Below, one piece after another: positions 1 to 11,461 of a stretch of 64,000 nucleotides of DNA. Position 1 is the stretch's first letter; every line of letters starts with the position of its first letter. The stretch lies in assembly GCA_965637545.1 (NCBI GenBank), contig OZ281496.1, positions 7,316,001 to 7,380,000 on the forward strand, read 5' to 3'. Below the pieces are notes generated by a model. It saw nothing but the letters and a program-made list of their open reading frames with translations, made no database searches and was not told where the DNA came from. Source of the DNA: Phallusia mammillata (taxonomy: Eukaryota). The position numbers and the translations under genes are program-made.

Positions 1-1
1 T

Positions 2-130
2 GTTGGAACTTTGAAAAGACACATGTTGCCTCACACTAAAGAGAAACCTCATCGATGTGATGTTTGTGAGAAACGGTTTTCCCAAAGTTGCAGTTTAAAA
101 AGACATATATCAGTTCACACTAAGGAGTAA
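2..130 (+). CDS. 3' end of a C2H2 zinc-finger gene (ZF1) starting before the window
   Basis: Frame reads ...[39 protein letters not shown]-stop; paralogous to 11462-12316 and 41460-41984. Confidence 0.85.
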   Translation, partial: VGTLKRHMLPHTKEKPHRCDVCEKRFSQSCSLKRHISVHTKE

Positions 131-942
131 TCTCATGGATGTGATGTTTGTGTAAAAAAGTTTTCTCGTAGTGGAGATTTGAAAATCCTCATGTTGGTTT
201 ACTCTAACCCCATCACGGAGAAGCCCCATTGGCGTGTTGATCAAGTTTGATAGACACTTGTTGACTCACAATAAACAGTAACTCAACCGTGGAAAGACTT
301 GTTTGGGCTGAAATTTCACCTTATTCTTCGAGTTTTATTTTTACCAATTGAAAAAAAACATGTATCACACAGAGTAACAATGAAAACAGTTACTTTTTGT
401 GCAGTAACACTGTTCACTAAACCATTCAAGTCCAAACTAAATTATGTAACACAATATGTTCCGGTCGATGAGATATTATGAGATAAATTTAGGTCGACTT
501 CATCAGGGTATGAGATGCATTTCAGTTCGCCTTCACCAGGGTAAATAACACTAAATGCGCGTAGTAAATTGCACGAAAAACAAAGGTAAAACCAATTGAA
601 CGCAAGTACGTCACATCGCAACGAAAACACTGCGCGAAAACAAATGATTGGGCCTCTAATATATGAGCATCAGTTTGTAACAAGCTGAAAGGATCAAGTC
701 TGTTTTAATGTTAATTGTGTTGCCCCGTTGTTGAATATCCCACGACTCATGAAATAGTCTTTTGCTGTTTACATTACTCCTCACACATTCTTTCTTAAGT
801 TAGAAATTGTCGTGGATGGGCAATATCTAAACCTCCAACAGCCGCCATGCATACCGACGATAACTGTGCAAATTGTTAAAAGACTCGAAATTTGAGAGGA
901 CTGTCTCAACTGCCAACAGAATCAGTCAGTAAATTAGAAAGT

Positions 943-983
943 AGGAATATATATTTCGCCTAATAATGGCATCATCAGTTCCT
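943..983 (-). ncRNA. Minimal type I hammerhead ribozyme in the sense (3') pLTR
   Basis: Exact reverse complement of 3277-3317. Confidence 0.85.
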
Positions 984-1342
984 GAAAAACGCAATAGATC
1001 AACACCAAAATATCAAGAATGTAAAACAAACACAATGTTCTAAGCAACTCAACAACGCGAGTGTCGCCAAACACAAAATCGTTAAACACCTTGCAACGCC
1101 TGGAAAACCTAAAGGTAACACCTGTGAAAACCTGACAAGACCTACACCGTGGACAGATGTAAAGAGAAAAAGGGGGGTGGGAACCAAGGCGTTCGCAACT
1201 AAAAGCCGATAAAACGATAAAAAAGATAAAATGAAGATAAAATTAAAAAATTAAACTGCCGTAAACCGTACCCAAAGGCCGTGAAATTACTAACCACAGA
1301 CACACACAAGTCACACACAAGTATGAAACACGATCACGAAAA

Positions 1343-2864
1343 TTATCGAATCTTGGGCAGCAACATCTTTTCAATATTAAGCCCGCCGCCAGTAAGTTTC
1401 AGCCATTTCGCTTCGCAGTGATCCAAACGATCAACATTGGGTTGCTCCACAAGGGTGACCGTAAAACATTCCGCGATATCTGGTCTCTTCATAAATATAT
1501 CGTGGTGGTGGATGGCGAAGTGATGGCCCAGCGAGGCGTTGTCATTGTCACCGCTGGTTTTAAACGTGTTCCACACTGTTCTATGGCCAGACCAACGGGT
1601 AGAAAATTTGTTTTTAGTTTGGCCCATGTATCTGCTGTTACAAATCCTGCGAGTGGCCACATAGATGCCAAAATTGCTGCAATCCAGGGACTGCCTCAGA
1701 GCAATTGTTCTATCGTCTATGCAAAGTTTGTGTTCAGTAGACACCATATATGTATGTGCACCGTAATGTCCGCATAAAGCACATCTTCCGCAGGGAGCCG
1801 ATTTAGCAATGACCTCCTGGCTATAATGTGCCAGGCGCCTGTAATTAAGTAAATAGTTGCCCAACGTAGGTGGCTTCTTGTAGACAACTCTTGCCTCAGG
1901 CTTTAGTGTTTGTTCTTTTTTGGTCAAGCGAAGGAACCTGGGAAACGACGTTGCCCAGGGGACCACTTCCGTGCTGCGGGTTTTCGATGGAGGTTTGAAC
2001 CTGTCTTTCCAGCTTTTTGCAGTTTCTATGCAAATACTGATGATGGGGTCTGGAAACGCGGATTTCTTGCATTTAACCGCGAGCCGCAGCAGACTCGCTT
2101 TGAAATCGTCATCCTTTTCGTTAAGCCTTCTTAGGCGAGACGCTTCTCCCAAAATAACAGCGCGGTAGATATGCCTGGGGTGGTGTGAAGTGCCATGTAG
2201 AAAACATCTGTCTGTCGCCGTTGCCTTCACGTGGTCCTGTGTTACAAACCCACAGGGTGACGATGACGAATGCACGTGGTCTACATCTAAAAACTCGACT
2301 CTTCCATTGTCATTTCTCGGGTCGAGAACGCGGAAGGTAAGATTGAGGCCTTCCCTAGCAAAGGCGTACTGCAACTTTGAACTGATGTGGGATGTGGTTT
2401 TGATCCCTGATGAGACCCAAATGATGTCGTCGATATAACGTTTAAACACCTCGGCCCGCTTCAAGGTAGCCGCGATGGACTTAATGATAAAATGCATTGC
2501 GATATTGGCAATAGAGACTGAGTGGTTGTCACCTGCAATGATGCCCTTTTGTTGACGGTAAAGGGCATCGCCATATTGGACAACAACAGCATCGAGAGTG
2601 TACATTGTGAAATCAACCAGGCACTTGCGATCGTTGTCGTCAAAATCGGATTGTCCCTGTAATGCATCGGTAATAGAACGCTGGATAAGATCTTTGCCGA
2701 CGCTTGGGTACAATGCAACCACGTCGGCTGCTACAACATACAATTCTGATGAGTTTTTCGAACCAGATTGTGCTATACATTTTTGCCATTTGATCAATTC
2801 TTTTAAATAATGTTGGCTGTCTTGGCAGAACTCGTTTACTTTGCACGAGCAGTATCTTTGGCTG
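1343..2864 (-). CDS. Penelope-type reverse transcriptase + GIY-YIG endonuclease (N-terminus missing)
   Basis: RT motifs ADVVALYPS, QKGIIAGDNHSVSIAN, RYIDDI; linker CGRCALC; GIYVAT...RYMGQT endonuclease motif; frame stays open upstream of the tracked start at 2797 to the inversion junction. Confidence 0.9.
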
Positions 2865-3276
2865 ATGGCTGAAACTTACTGGCGCCACACTTAATATTCA
2901 AAAGATGTTGCTGCCCAAGATTCGATAATTTTTGTGATCGTGTTTCATACTTGTGTGTGTCTGTGGTTAGTAATTGCACGGCCTTTGGGTACGGTTTACG
3001 GCAGTTTAATTTTTTAATTTTATCTTAATTTTATCGTTTTATCGGCTTTTAGTTGCGAGCGCCTTGGTTTCTTTTTCCCACCCCCCTTTTTCTCTTTACA
3101 TTTGTCCACGGTGTAGGTCTTGTCAGGTTTTCACAGGTGTTACCTTTAGGTTTTCCAGGCGTTTTGCAAGGTTTTTAACGATTTTGTGTTTGGCGACACT
3201 CGCGTTGTTGAGTTGCTTAGAACATTGTGTTTGTTTTACATTCTTGATATTTTGGTGTTGATCTATTGCGTTTTTC

Positions 3277-3317
3277 AGGAACTGATGATGCCATTATTAG
3301 GCGAAATATATATTCCT
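3277..3317 (+). ncRNA. Minimal type I hammerhead ribozyme in the inverted pLTR
   Basis: AGGAA-CUGAUGA-U-GCC(AUUAUUA)GGC-GAAA-UAUA-UA-UUCCU: stem I AGGAA/UUCCU, intact core, stem II GCC/GGC, one-bp stem III with palindromic loop. Confidence 0.85.
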
Positions 3318-4089
3318 ACTTTCTAATTTACTGACTGATTCTGTTGGCAGTTGAGACAGTCCTCTCAAATTTCGAGTCTTTCTTAAGTTTTACATCAAAT
3401 TGTGGAATAACTGGATTGTCTCGTTACCCAGTCGAAATTTTTCTTGTGCTTTTCCCCGGCTTGGGAACAGCTTTATTCTGCATTTCTGTCGAAAATCTAC
3501 CTTCTGCCATTGTTACATAACACGGAAATGCGAGATATATCTGTATTGTGCAGTGACATCGGCCAAGCGTGCAAAAGCCAAACTTGGCACAAACAAAAAC
3601 GCCAGATATGGCTGGTAGATAGCGACATGCGCTGTCGCTTGTTTGTCGACATTTGGCATTAAATCATCATCAGCACACACAAAAAGGCGTGTTACAAAAT
3701 ATCCTTTTTGTGATAAACTTGACGAATAAAAACTGGTAGGTTGCTACTTGTCATTGTTTTTTTTAATTATGCGAGATTCCATTCTGTGCTCAAAAAGAGA
3801 CATTGATTTTAATGATCAAGTTCGCTTGGTTTTAATGATCAACGGAATTGCAATAAAACCTGGCACCTCGACGGCGGGCTTATTTTCAGGCGTTCTCCGC
3901 CTACCAAGAATAAAAATGAAACAAACAAACAGCGTGAGAAAGTAACAAAACCGTGAGGCATTGTGATGCAAACGCACCAACCAATCAACCCTAACCTCAA
4001 AGTTTCAAACAAATTTCAATTGTGACGTTGTCCAATCACAGCAAAGTTCCAATTCGGGATAACCAAAATGTCGGTCGTTATGTCTGGAG

Positions 4090-4532
4090 CAGTGCTCTTC
4101 AACCGGGGTTCCGTACAACCCTTACAGGGGTTCCGTGAACTTTGAGTTGCACAGGGGTTCACAGCAGTTTGGTGTAGCAATTCAAACACGAATGATTCAT
4201 AATGTCATTGTTGTGAACAGCAATGCTCGCCTGTACGATCCAGTTAACCTTGGTTACACCATTGATCAACTGTGACGTAATAAACACAGTCTTGATACAC
4301 TTTGGCTAAGTTGCGATTTGCGACATAAATGTAGAAACGACCGATGCAAGTAACATGGCAATGCGTTTCAGTGAATCGTTAATTGAAGTCAACTTTTGCG
4401 CTTGGGGTGTGCAAAATGCATGTTTTTTTCTATGATACTTGTATTACATTAAATTTATTTTATGGTGGGTTCCGCAAAGTTTGACAAAACACATTGAGGG
4501 TTCCGTGCCACTAAAAAGGTTGAAGAGCACTG
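4090..4532. mobile_element. hAT (Charlie-like) MITE nested in the EnSpm element
   Basis: Perfect 15-bp TIR CAGTGCTCTTCAACC; perfect 8-bp TSD GTCTGGAG at 4082-4089 and 4533-4540. Confidence 0.9.
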
Positions 4533-4700
4533 GTCTGGAGACACACTGCATGGCGTGGTGTAGAAAGATGCGTGGTTAAAATCGGTTGTAGAGGTAGTGA
4601 ATACTAGTAAATTTTCCATAATTGTTTCCCGAAATTGTGTGTCAACAACTGGTAGTAATCTGAAATTAGTTCTGTTGGATCTAGCCTAGCTTTTGCTGAA

Positions 4701-6390
4701 ATGCCGCGTTACAAAAGCCAAAGAACCGCGTACAAACCGTATGATACTGTAAGTAGGCAGCAAAAGTGGTCACGAAACAAGTTGGCCACAGACGATCACA
4801 TTGTTACACCTGAGTTATCCGACAGCACAGAAAGTGAAACAACTCCATGTTGGCAAGATTGCTCTGAATCAAGCGAAGACAATCTCTGTACAACATTTGA
4901 TAATAACTGTACCGAAAGACCAGCACTTACGTTGCAGCAGGTTTTAACGAACTGGGTATTAACAAGTAATGTACCAAAATTGGCTGTAACCCGACTTTTG
5001 AAAAGTCTGCACCAATTTCATGACAATTTGCCGAAATCCTACAAGACATTGCTTCCAACTCCAGCATTAAACTATCAACAAATGGGTCAAGGTGAATATG
5101 TTCACTTTTATAATTGGATAAGCACTCTCAAAGATGTGCTGTGCACATATGCCTGCTATCAACGTGGGAATGTCAGTTACATGTTAATTATCAATATTGA
5201 TGGGTTGCCATTATTTGTTCATTCGCCGGACTACAAATTATACCCGATTCTAGCAACAGTGTATGGAATTAAAATGCGACCGATCTGCATTGGTATATAC
5301 TGCAGCAACAAGTCTTTGAACAGGGAAATGTCCTCACCAGATATCTTTCTGAAGGATTTTTTTGTTGATAATGACTTTCTTAACAGGAACCTTCTTACAT
5401 CTGACAAAAACAGATTTTATTTGTCTAATCATGTTGCATTCATTTGTGATGCTCCTGCTAGATCCACTTTAAAATGTATAAAAACTCACACTGGGTACTC
5501 TGCTTGTGAAAGATGTGAAATAGTGGGGTGATTATTGTCATAGAAGAGTTTGCTTGCCTTATAAAAGTTCCAAAAAAGAACTAATCAATCTTTTGTGGCA
5601 CAAACAGACAATGAACACCATAAGGGAACATCTGTTCTGGTACATCACGGAATCAAAATGGTTTCCAACTTTATACTTGATTACATGCATCTCACTTGTC
5701 TTGGTGTCATGAAGCGCTTGCTAAGCTGGTGGAAAGGTGTCTCCCTAGGTGCGAAAGATGTCCCTCAGTTCTTCAGCCGCATTTGTTTAATAAATAGTTA
5801 TATATATCTGTTGTGTTTCAGACAGTTCCTGGGTAAATTGTCTCCTGGAGCTGTGTGTTCTAAACGAAGCAATTTCAGAAGTAAAAGAAAACATTCCTGT
5901 TGAACTTAAAAGAAAGATGAGAAACCTTCGTGATTTAGCGTACTCGAAAGCATCTCAGCTTAGGTTATTTATGCTTTACATTGGGATTGTAATCCTTAAA
6001 AACAAAAAGATCATGTCTCGTAAAATGTATTGTCATTTTTTACAGTTTTCATTGCCAATGCGATATTTGTTAAAAACTAACTGTACAGATGAGGAGTTGT
6101 TTTTTTGTAATGAACAACTCTTTAGTTTGTTTTAAATTGGAATGACATTTATGGCAAAGCTTTTGTATCTTATAACGTTCATAGGATTACTAACTTGCCA
6201 GGTGACTATAACCTTTATGGTTCTCTCGAACTTGTTAATTGCTTTGTATTCGAAAGCTATTTGGGACTGTCAAAAGCATGTGTACGTTCTGGATTTAAAC
6301 CTTTGCAACAAATTGCAAATCGTGTTTATCATGAAAATCAAAATGTAGTTGGTACAAAATTGAATTTTAATCTGCTAATGCAGAATTACT
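4701..6390 (+). pseudogene. EnSpm/CACTA-family transposase pseudogene
   Basis: Motifs INIDGLPLF, ICDAPARS..K..THTGYSACERC, LDYMHLTCLGVMKRL, KASQLRLFMLYIG, YGSL...NCFVFESYLG spread over several frames with frameshifts near 5528 and 5575. Confidence 0.8.
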
Positions 6391-6419
6391 AATAGAGTGT
6401 CCTAAGAAACGAGTAAATT

Positions 6420-7307
6420 GACAGCTGCCCATTGCAGCTGAAGATGAAGAAGAGCTTGCAGCAGCTATGAAAACAATGCCAGTAAGTAAGAAATTGTGAC
6501 ATTTAAATAATGCGTTTCCAGTATGGTTGAGATTAGTGAGTAATTCACATCATGTTTCAGAGTTCAGTCACAAGGTGACAGTTTTACTGACACATTTAAA
6601 AATTGTTTGTAAGAAAAAGTTACTGGGAACTTACTGTATTCTTTATTGACACAGGACATTGCAATTATTGCAGCACATGTAGAGAGAGCAACGCTTCGAG
6701 CTTCTGTCAGAGAATTTATTAAAGTTTTCATGAAAAAATCTTTAGCGCTACAATATTCCTGGAGTGGCCTTGGTGAAAAAAGAATTAGATTGAAAAAAGC
6801 AATTAGGGAGCACGAACTGTAGCAAGTTCTAACCATTAAGTGGCACTTACAATTTTTATGAGTATTTGTTTAACTTTTTGAATGAAGTTAACACTACTTT
6901 TGAAAAGGAAAAGACAGTTTAGGTTGCAGTTAGACGAGATATAATATCGCTAAATCAAATGTTATAATATTTCTAAACTTATGATTCAAGTGATAGTGAA
7001 ATTTATAAACATTATGGTTCTGTTTTCCATGCAATCAACTCGAGATGTTTAAAGGCTCATAAACTATGTAATAAAAAGTAATTTAGAGTTTTGGACCGAT
7101 GCAAGCTTGGCTCTAATGTCAAATCGTATTTCATGCTTTCTCACAATTCACAATTTTTCTCACAAAGTAATGCAACTTTTTGTAGGTGTGATCAGGGAGA
7201 CAAAATATGCTGGTGCATCATATATCATATTGGCAGATGCGGTGCAGCGGGTGTTTGCTGGGGTGTCACACTGGGATGGAGGACGAGATGCACGGAAATC
7301 GGTTTAA
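6420..7307 (+). pseudogene. Second, probably spliced, ORF remnant of the EnSpm element (DUF4806-like)
   Basis: Peptides KKSLALQYSWSGLGEKRIRL (~6735-6795) and VFAGVSHWDGGRDARK (~7250-7300) resemble the DUF4806-type accessory protein; recalled pattern only. Confidence 0.4.
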
Positions 7308-8061
7308 CCACACCTATTTTTTTCACATGTGTTATGGCCAGGTGGTTTCGAAACAATAAGCTAATTCACAATCCTGTCTATGGCACATGGGGTAGTAAAT
7401 CTTGGTTGATACATTTTCTTTTGTGTTTTGGGTTGCTTTACAGATAAAAACCTTTGAAACTACAACATTACGACATTTAGCAGTTGTTAATTATATCGTT
7501 TAAGTCTACTGTGCTATTTTCAATGTCATATATTTGCTGAAAGTTGCTATTCATATCATGATTTGTTGTATAAAAATTAAACGAGTAACTGGACCACAAC
7601 TGGAGTATTGCTTTTATTGGAAAGGTCAGTGGTACAAACAAAGAGCAAATATGTATTGCTTACCATGGTTAATTGGGTGAACAATATCGGTAAATCGGAG
7701 AAGGCCCGTAGAATAACAGAGAAAAGGCGGTAAAGGTCCGAAGATAATTCATAGAAAAGTTTTATCCATTATTTATCTGTGGTCCGGCGTCAAGTTTCGT
7801 GGCAAGTTAGGTAGATATAGGTTCGGGGTAGCTCTGGCTCAGTATCAACTTTTCATCCAACGTTTTCTTCGGGTTTCCATGTCGGGGGAAAAACCATGGA
7901 TGGCAAAGGATAATTTTTCTGACTGGGTGTATTCTGTTTGCAAGCCGGTGAATTGTTTAGAAAACATTATAATGCCCCAAAGAATATGTATGTAGGGTTT
8001 GCAAAATTGTTTAAACAGTAAAAATTGAGTGTTGGGATTGAGGGAAGTAATGTCTAGTAGG

Positions 8062-8329
8062 TGTTACGGACCGTTGCTTGTGTTCACAAACAGACCATTT
8101 CTTGCCTTTGGGGCGCTTGGCTCCGTGCAAAAAGGGTGCGTGTAATCAGCGCGCCTTGTTTATGTGGCACTTCTGTTGCGCTTTACACTGCGTGCGCCTT
8201 GCTTGGTGTTACGTTGTGCGATGCGAAATCTGCACTTGTGCGGAATCTGTATGTAGACGCTGTCATATCATTAACGTATTACTTTTTATTGTTTCTATTT
8301 AAATATAGGATTGAGCACCAACGGTAACA
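8062..8329. mobile_element. Possible solo LTR
   Basis: TG...CA ends with TGTTACGG / rc TGTTACCG inverted termini; no target duplication found. Confidence 0.3.
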
Positions 8330-8535
8330 TTTGTAAGGAAATCTGATCCGTTACGTAATTGCATTTTTGGATTTGAATTTGGATTCATGTTCGATATAAT
8401 GTGTGGAAAAGAATAAAAGAATGCAAAACGGATCTGATATTCCATAGACCTGACTGTCGAGAGTTGACCAATACAAGTTTGGAGGCATAATGTATGAAGA
8501 AATTGTTGGCTCTTCCAGCAGTATTTATTATAATA

Positions 8536-8579
8536 TACCGACGTTTCGATGTCCCACACGAGACACCTTCATTAGGGTA
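8536..8579 (-). ncRNA. Decayed hammerhead ribozyme (core CUAAUGA)
   Basis: rc reads UACC-CUAAUGA-A-GGUGUCUC(GUGU)GGGACAUC-GAAACGUC-GGUA. Confidence 0.65.
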
Positions 8580-8614
8580 ATGACATAAATTGGGAACACA
8601 AAGTTGTTACATAG

Positions 8615-9148
8615 CAGAGGTGGCCAACTTGTTAGACGTTAAGATCAACGAAAATTTACTCAATTGTACACGATCGACTGATCTGTAGTATTTTTGGCTG
8701 CCACTAACATAAAGCAATAACGCAAATTTCTCAATGAGATTTGGTTGACAATTACCACATATTTATATATTTATCATGAGTTTTCTTGTCAAGCATCACC
8801 TAGTTCTTACAACAATATAACGTCGCATATGTACATATTTTTCATCAAAGTAATCAGATGGAACTTTTAAATCTCCCCAATTAATTGCAACTGCTTCGGA
8901 AACACCCAAGTTGTGACGACAAACATCGTAGTTGTTATGACATAATGTGGTGCCAAAGTAACAATTGTTACGCAACAAAGAAAGTGACATTTGCATAATT
9001 ATTGTCTCATTGCAATTTGTGCGATGTGTTAAAATGTTAGAAGTGCTGTTTTATATTTTTAATTTGTTTTTAATAAGCTTTTGATTAGTAGTAGAGAATT
9101 TAGTGCGATCGACCAGACAAAAGCAGACGATCGACGTGGCCACACCTG
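8615..9148. mobile_element. hAT-like MITE inserted in the left pLTR arm
   Basis: Termini CAGAGGTGGCCAAC / rc CAGGTGTGGCCACG; flanks rejoin to match the other pLTR arm; no TSD visible. Confidence 0.55.
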
Positions 9149-9520
9149 CAACAAGGGCGGTAAAACACACACAATACGCGGTGGGAAAAAACGCAGTCTG
9201 CACCAATGATCGAGTGATAACACCCAGCTGAATGCTGCAAAAGCGACGGATAATTACTACTGTCCACAATTAAACCATTAGTCTTTCTGCTGCCAAGGTG
9301 TTAGCGAGGGAAACTGATTTACACAAGCGAGGTTTCCTAGAGTCGTGGAACAAACATTTTCACACCAACACGATAAACGTTAAAACGGACGTTCTAATGC
9401 CGATAACTTATCGGTCGCTTTTGCGCCACTTGACCATTGATGCGCACTGCGTTTTTTTTACTACCGCGTTTTGTGTTTGTTTTACCGCCCTTGTTGCTAT
9501 ATAACAACTTTTAGTTGATA

Positions 9521-10723
9521 ACACAGGGCAACAAAAAAATATTTTTTTACTGGTGTCAGTAATGTTTTAATTGATTTTGACTAATTTTAGTGCCCTGATT
9601 TCAAAAATGCAATCGGTTTATCTGTATCACGTCTAGTTTTCATGTTATGGTACATCCACGTTTGAAAAACAATCTATATGTATACACTATAGTGAAACTG
9701 GTTTTGAGTATTTTATGTGGAATTACCGTTATTGCAAGAACAAAGTTTCGATTTAATTTTAAATGTAACAGGTAGACACTCCTAACAAACAAAATTCCAC
9801 ACAAAAAACAAAAAAAGGTTTCGAATTTGTAAGTTGTCAGGTATATCGGATATAGGCCAACCCTACACATGTACTTCTGTAACTTTTGGAAATGACTGGC
9901 AGCAATATCGTCCCGTTTAATTTACCAACAGTAATTAGCCAGGACCACATTATTCCTTCTTCCCCGACACGTTTCGTTTCACTGATATCCTGTTGGAACC
10001 TTTCAGCTTAATTCTCATCATTTATATCCCCTACGTTTTAAGGGAAGTGTAGCTTTATACTCATTTTCGTTCCGAATTTTTCAGACCGCTTAATAACTTA
10101 GTTTTGTACTATGTCTAGTAATGTTAGTATCTTTCTACTGTTTTTGTCCATTACTGCAATATTCCAATCAACATTAGGTAAGTGGAGCCCATTGCTTGTC
10201 CTAAACCCCCAAAGTCACATCGAAGTGTGCAAGATATGAACATTTGATACAGATCTTTTTTTTCTTTTTAGTTGTGTTGTATGGGTATTCACCAGTATTG
10301 TAGAATAAAACATCTTGGTAATTCATGCAACACCTTATAGATGACCTAGCCACTATTAATTTTAGTTTTACCACCTTGCTTTACTAGTCTGAAATCACTC
10401 CATAAAACACGTATAGTTTAAAGTTACCACTAGCCTACACCAACCATTTTTAGACAGAGCATAAGCATAGAACACATGTTTATGCTATAAAACCGACTGC
10501 ACTGTAGAAAATTGATGTGTTTAATGTAACAAAACTTTAACAAACATATAAAAGCGTGATTTTAAAGTCATTGAACCAATATGGTCATAAATTTTGGTTT
10601 TGTAAATAACTTAAAAAGTTGACCTGATTGAAGAAAACCGTAATGATTTTTGAAATCAGCACCCCAAAATTAGTCAATATCAGTTTTAACATTAAAGACA
10701 CCAAAAATTGTGTTGGCCAGTGT
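9521..10723. mobile_element. Non-autonomous TIR element inserted in the right pLTR arm
   Basis: Imperfect long inverted repeats, ~9521-9640 vs ~10620-10723 (shared TTGACTAATTTT...CTGATTTCAAAAAT). Confidence 0.5.
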
Positions 10724-10735
10724 AATTTATGTCAT

Positions 10736-10779
10736 TGCCCTGATGAAGGTGACTCGTATGGGACATCGGTACGTCGGCA
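10736..10779 (+). ncRNA. Decayed hammerhead ribozyme (GAAA changed to GGUA)
   Basis: UGCC-CUGAUGA-A-GGUGACUC(GUAU)GGGACAUC-GGUA-CGUC-GGCA. Confidence 0.65.
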
Positions 10780-11030
10780 TACTTTTCTAAAAACTGCTGG
10801 AGGAGCTAAAAATTTGTTAATGTGTAGTATGTTTCACCTTAGCACGCAAGTTGTTGGAAATTTTTAGTATGAAGTAAATATATTTATGCTTCTACGTTCC
10901 GAAAGGTGACAAATTTGTGTCAAAGATTTCAACGAAATCCATTTTGCTAGGTCTTTTTGGTGTTCCTTCAGGCGCGCGTTCATTGATCTGTTCTCTGATA
11001 TAAAGGCTTTGGTTTAACGGGTGGTGGGAC

Positions 11031-11184
11031 TTCAACTGTAGGTACCTGAATGTGCTGGTTTGTTTGTAGACAAATACGAGAATATTTTATTCCTGTATAC
11101 AGAAATTTCGACACCCCTGAATGGTGCAGTTTGTTTAAGCGCGCATCACAAACCAACCAGCATTACAAGGTACCTACAGTTCAA
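11031..11184. repeat. Small foldback inverted repeat upstream of ZF2
   Basis: TTCAACTGTAGGTACCT...GCTGGTT pairs with AACCAGC...AGGTACCTACAGTTCAA. Confidence 0.55.
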
Positions 11185-11461
11185 GATGAATATAAAAACA
11201 GATGTTCTAATGCCGATTAGCTGATTTACAACACTTATCTACGATTCACGTTATTATCTTCGTTTTCACTCCAAGGGTGCTAACGCCTATGTTGGGTAGC
11301 TGACATTACCCTGATATAGACACCCTGTATAACGCCCGACGACATATTTACATTTGCCAATCAACAAAAAAATTCTATGTTGTTTCAGCTCATAACATAT
11401 TCATCGCAAATCAGTTCAACCATTTTCTGTATAATACCCTGAATAACTAATTTTAGGAGAG

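Larger units (their letters stand above)
802..3381 (-). mobile_element. Penelope-like retroelement, 5'-truncated, with inverted pseudo-LTRs
   Basis: ~880-1405 is the reverse complement of ~2865-3381; RT plus GIY-YIG ORF between; direct repeat TCTTTCTTAAGTT at 789-801 and 3377-3389 (target duplication with microhomology). Confidence 0.9.
3427..7927 (+). mobile_element. Decayed EnSpm/CACTA (CMC)-type DNA transposon
   Basis: Imperfect TIRs CCCAGTC-GAAATTTTTCTTGTG (3427) and CCCAGTCAGAAAAATTATCCTTTG (rc, ending 7927) around a transposase pseudogene; 2-bp flanks differ (TA/TG). Confidence 0.65.
8400..10850. mobile_element. Second Penelope-like remnant: two inverted pLTR arms, junction near 9262
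   Basis: GIY-YIG C-terminal peptide KVLARETDLHKRGFLESW...NTINV at 9290-9430; 9149-9260 is rc of 9405-9500; 8500-8590 is rc-similar to 10724-10830. Confidence 0.7.

Noticed and set aside
480-545. Tandem CTGATGAAG / CTGGTGAAG...GAAA-TGCA-TC hammerhead-like units on the minus strand
   Set aside because: Stem I strands (TACC vs TCAT) cannot pair; at most a scrambled relic
1418-2888. Short tracked ORFs overlapping the Penelope ORF
   Set aside because: Alternative-frame or antisense shadows of the RT-endonuclease gene with no recognizable motifs
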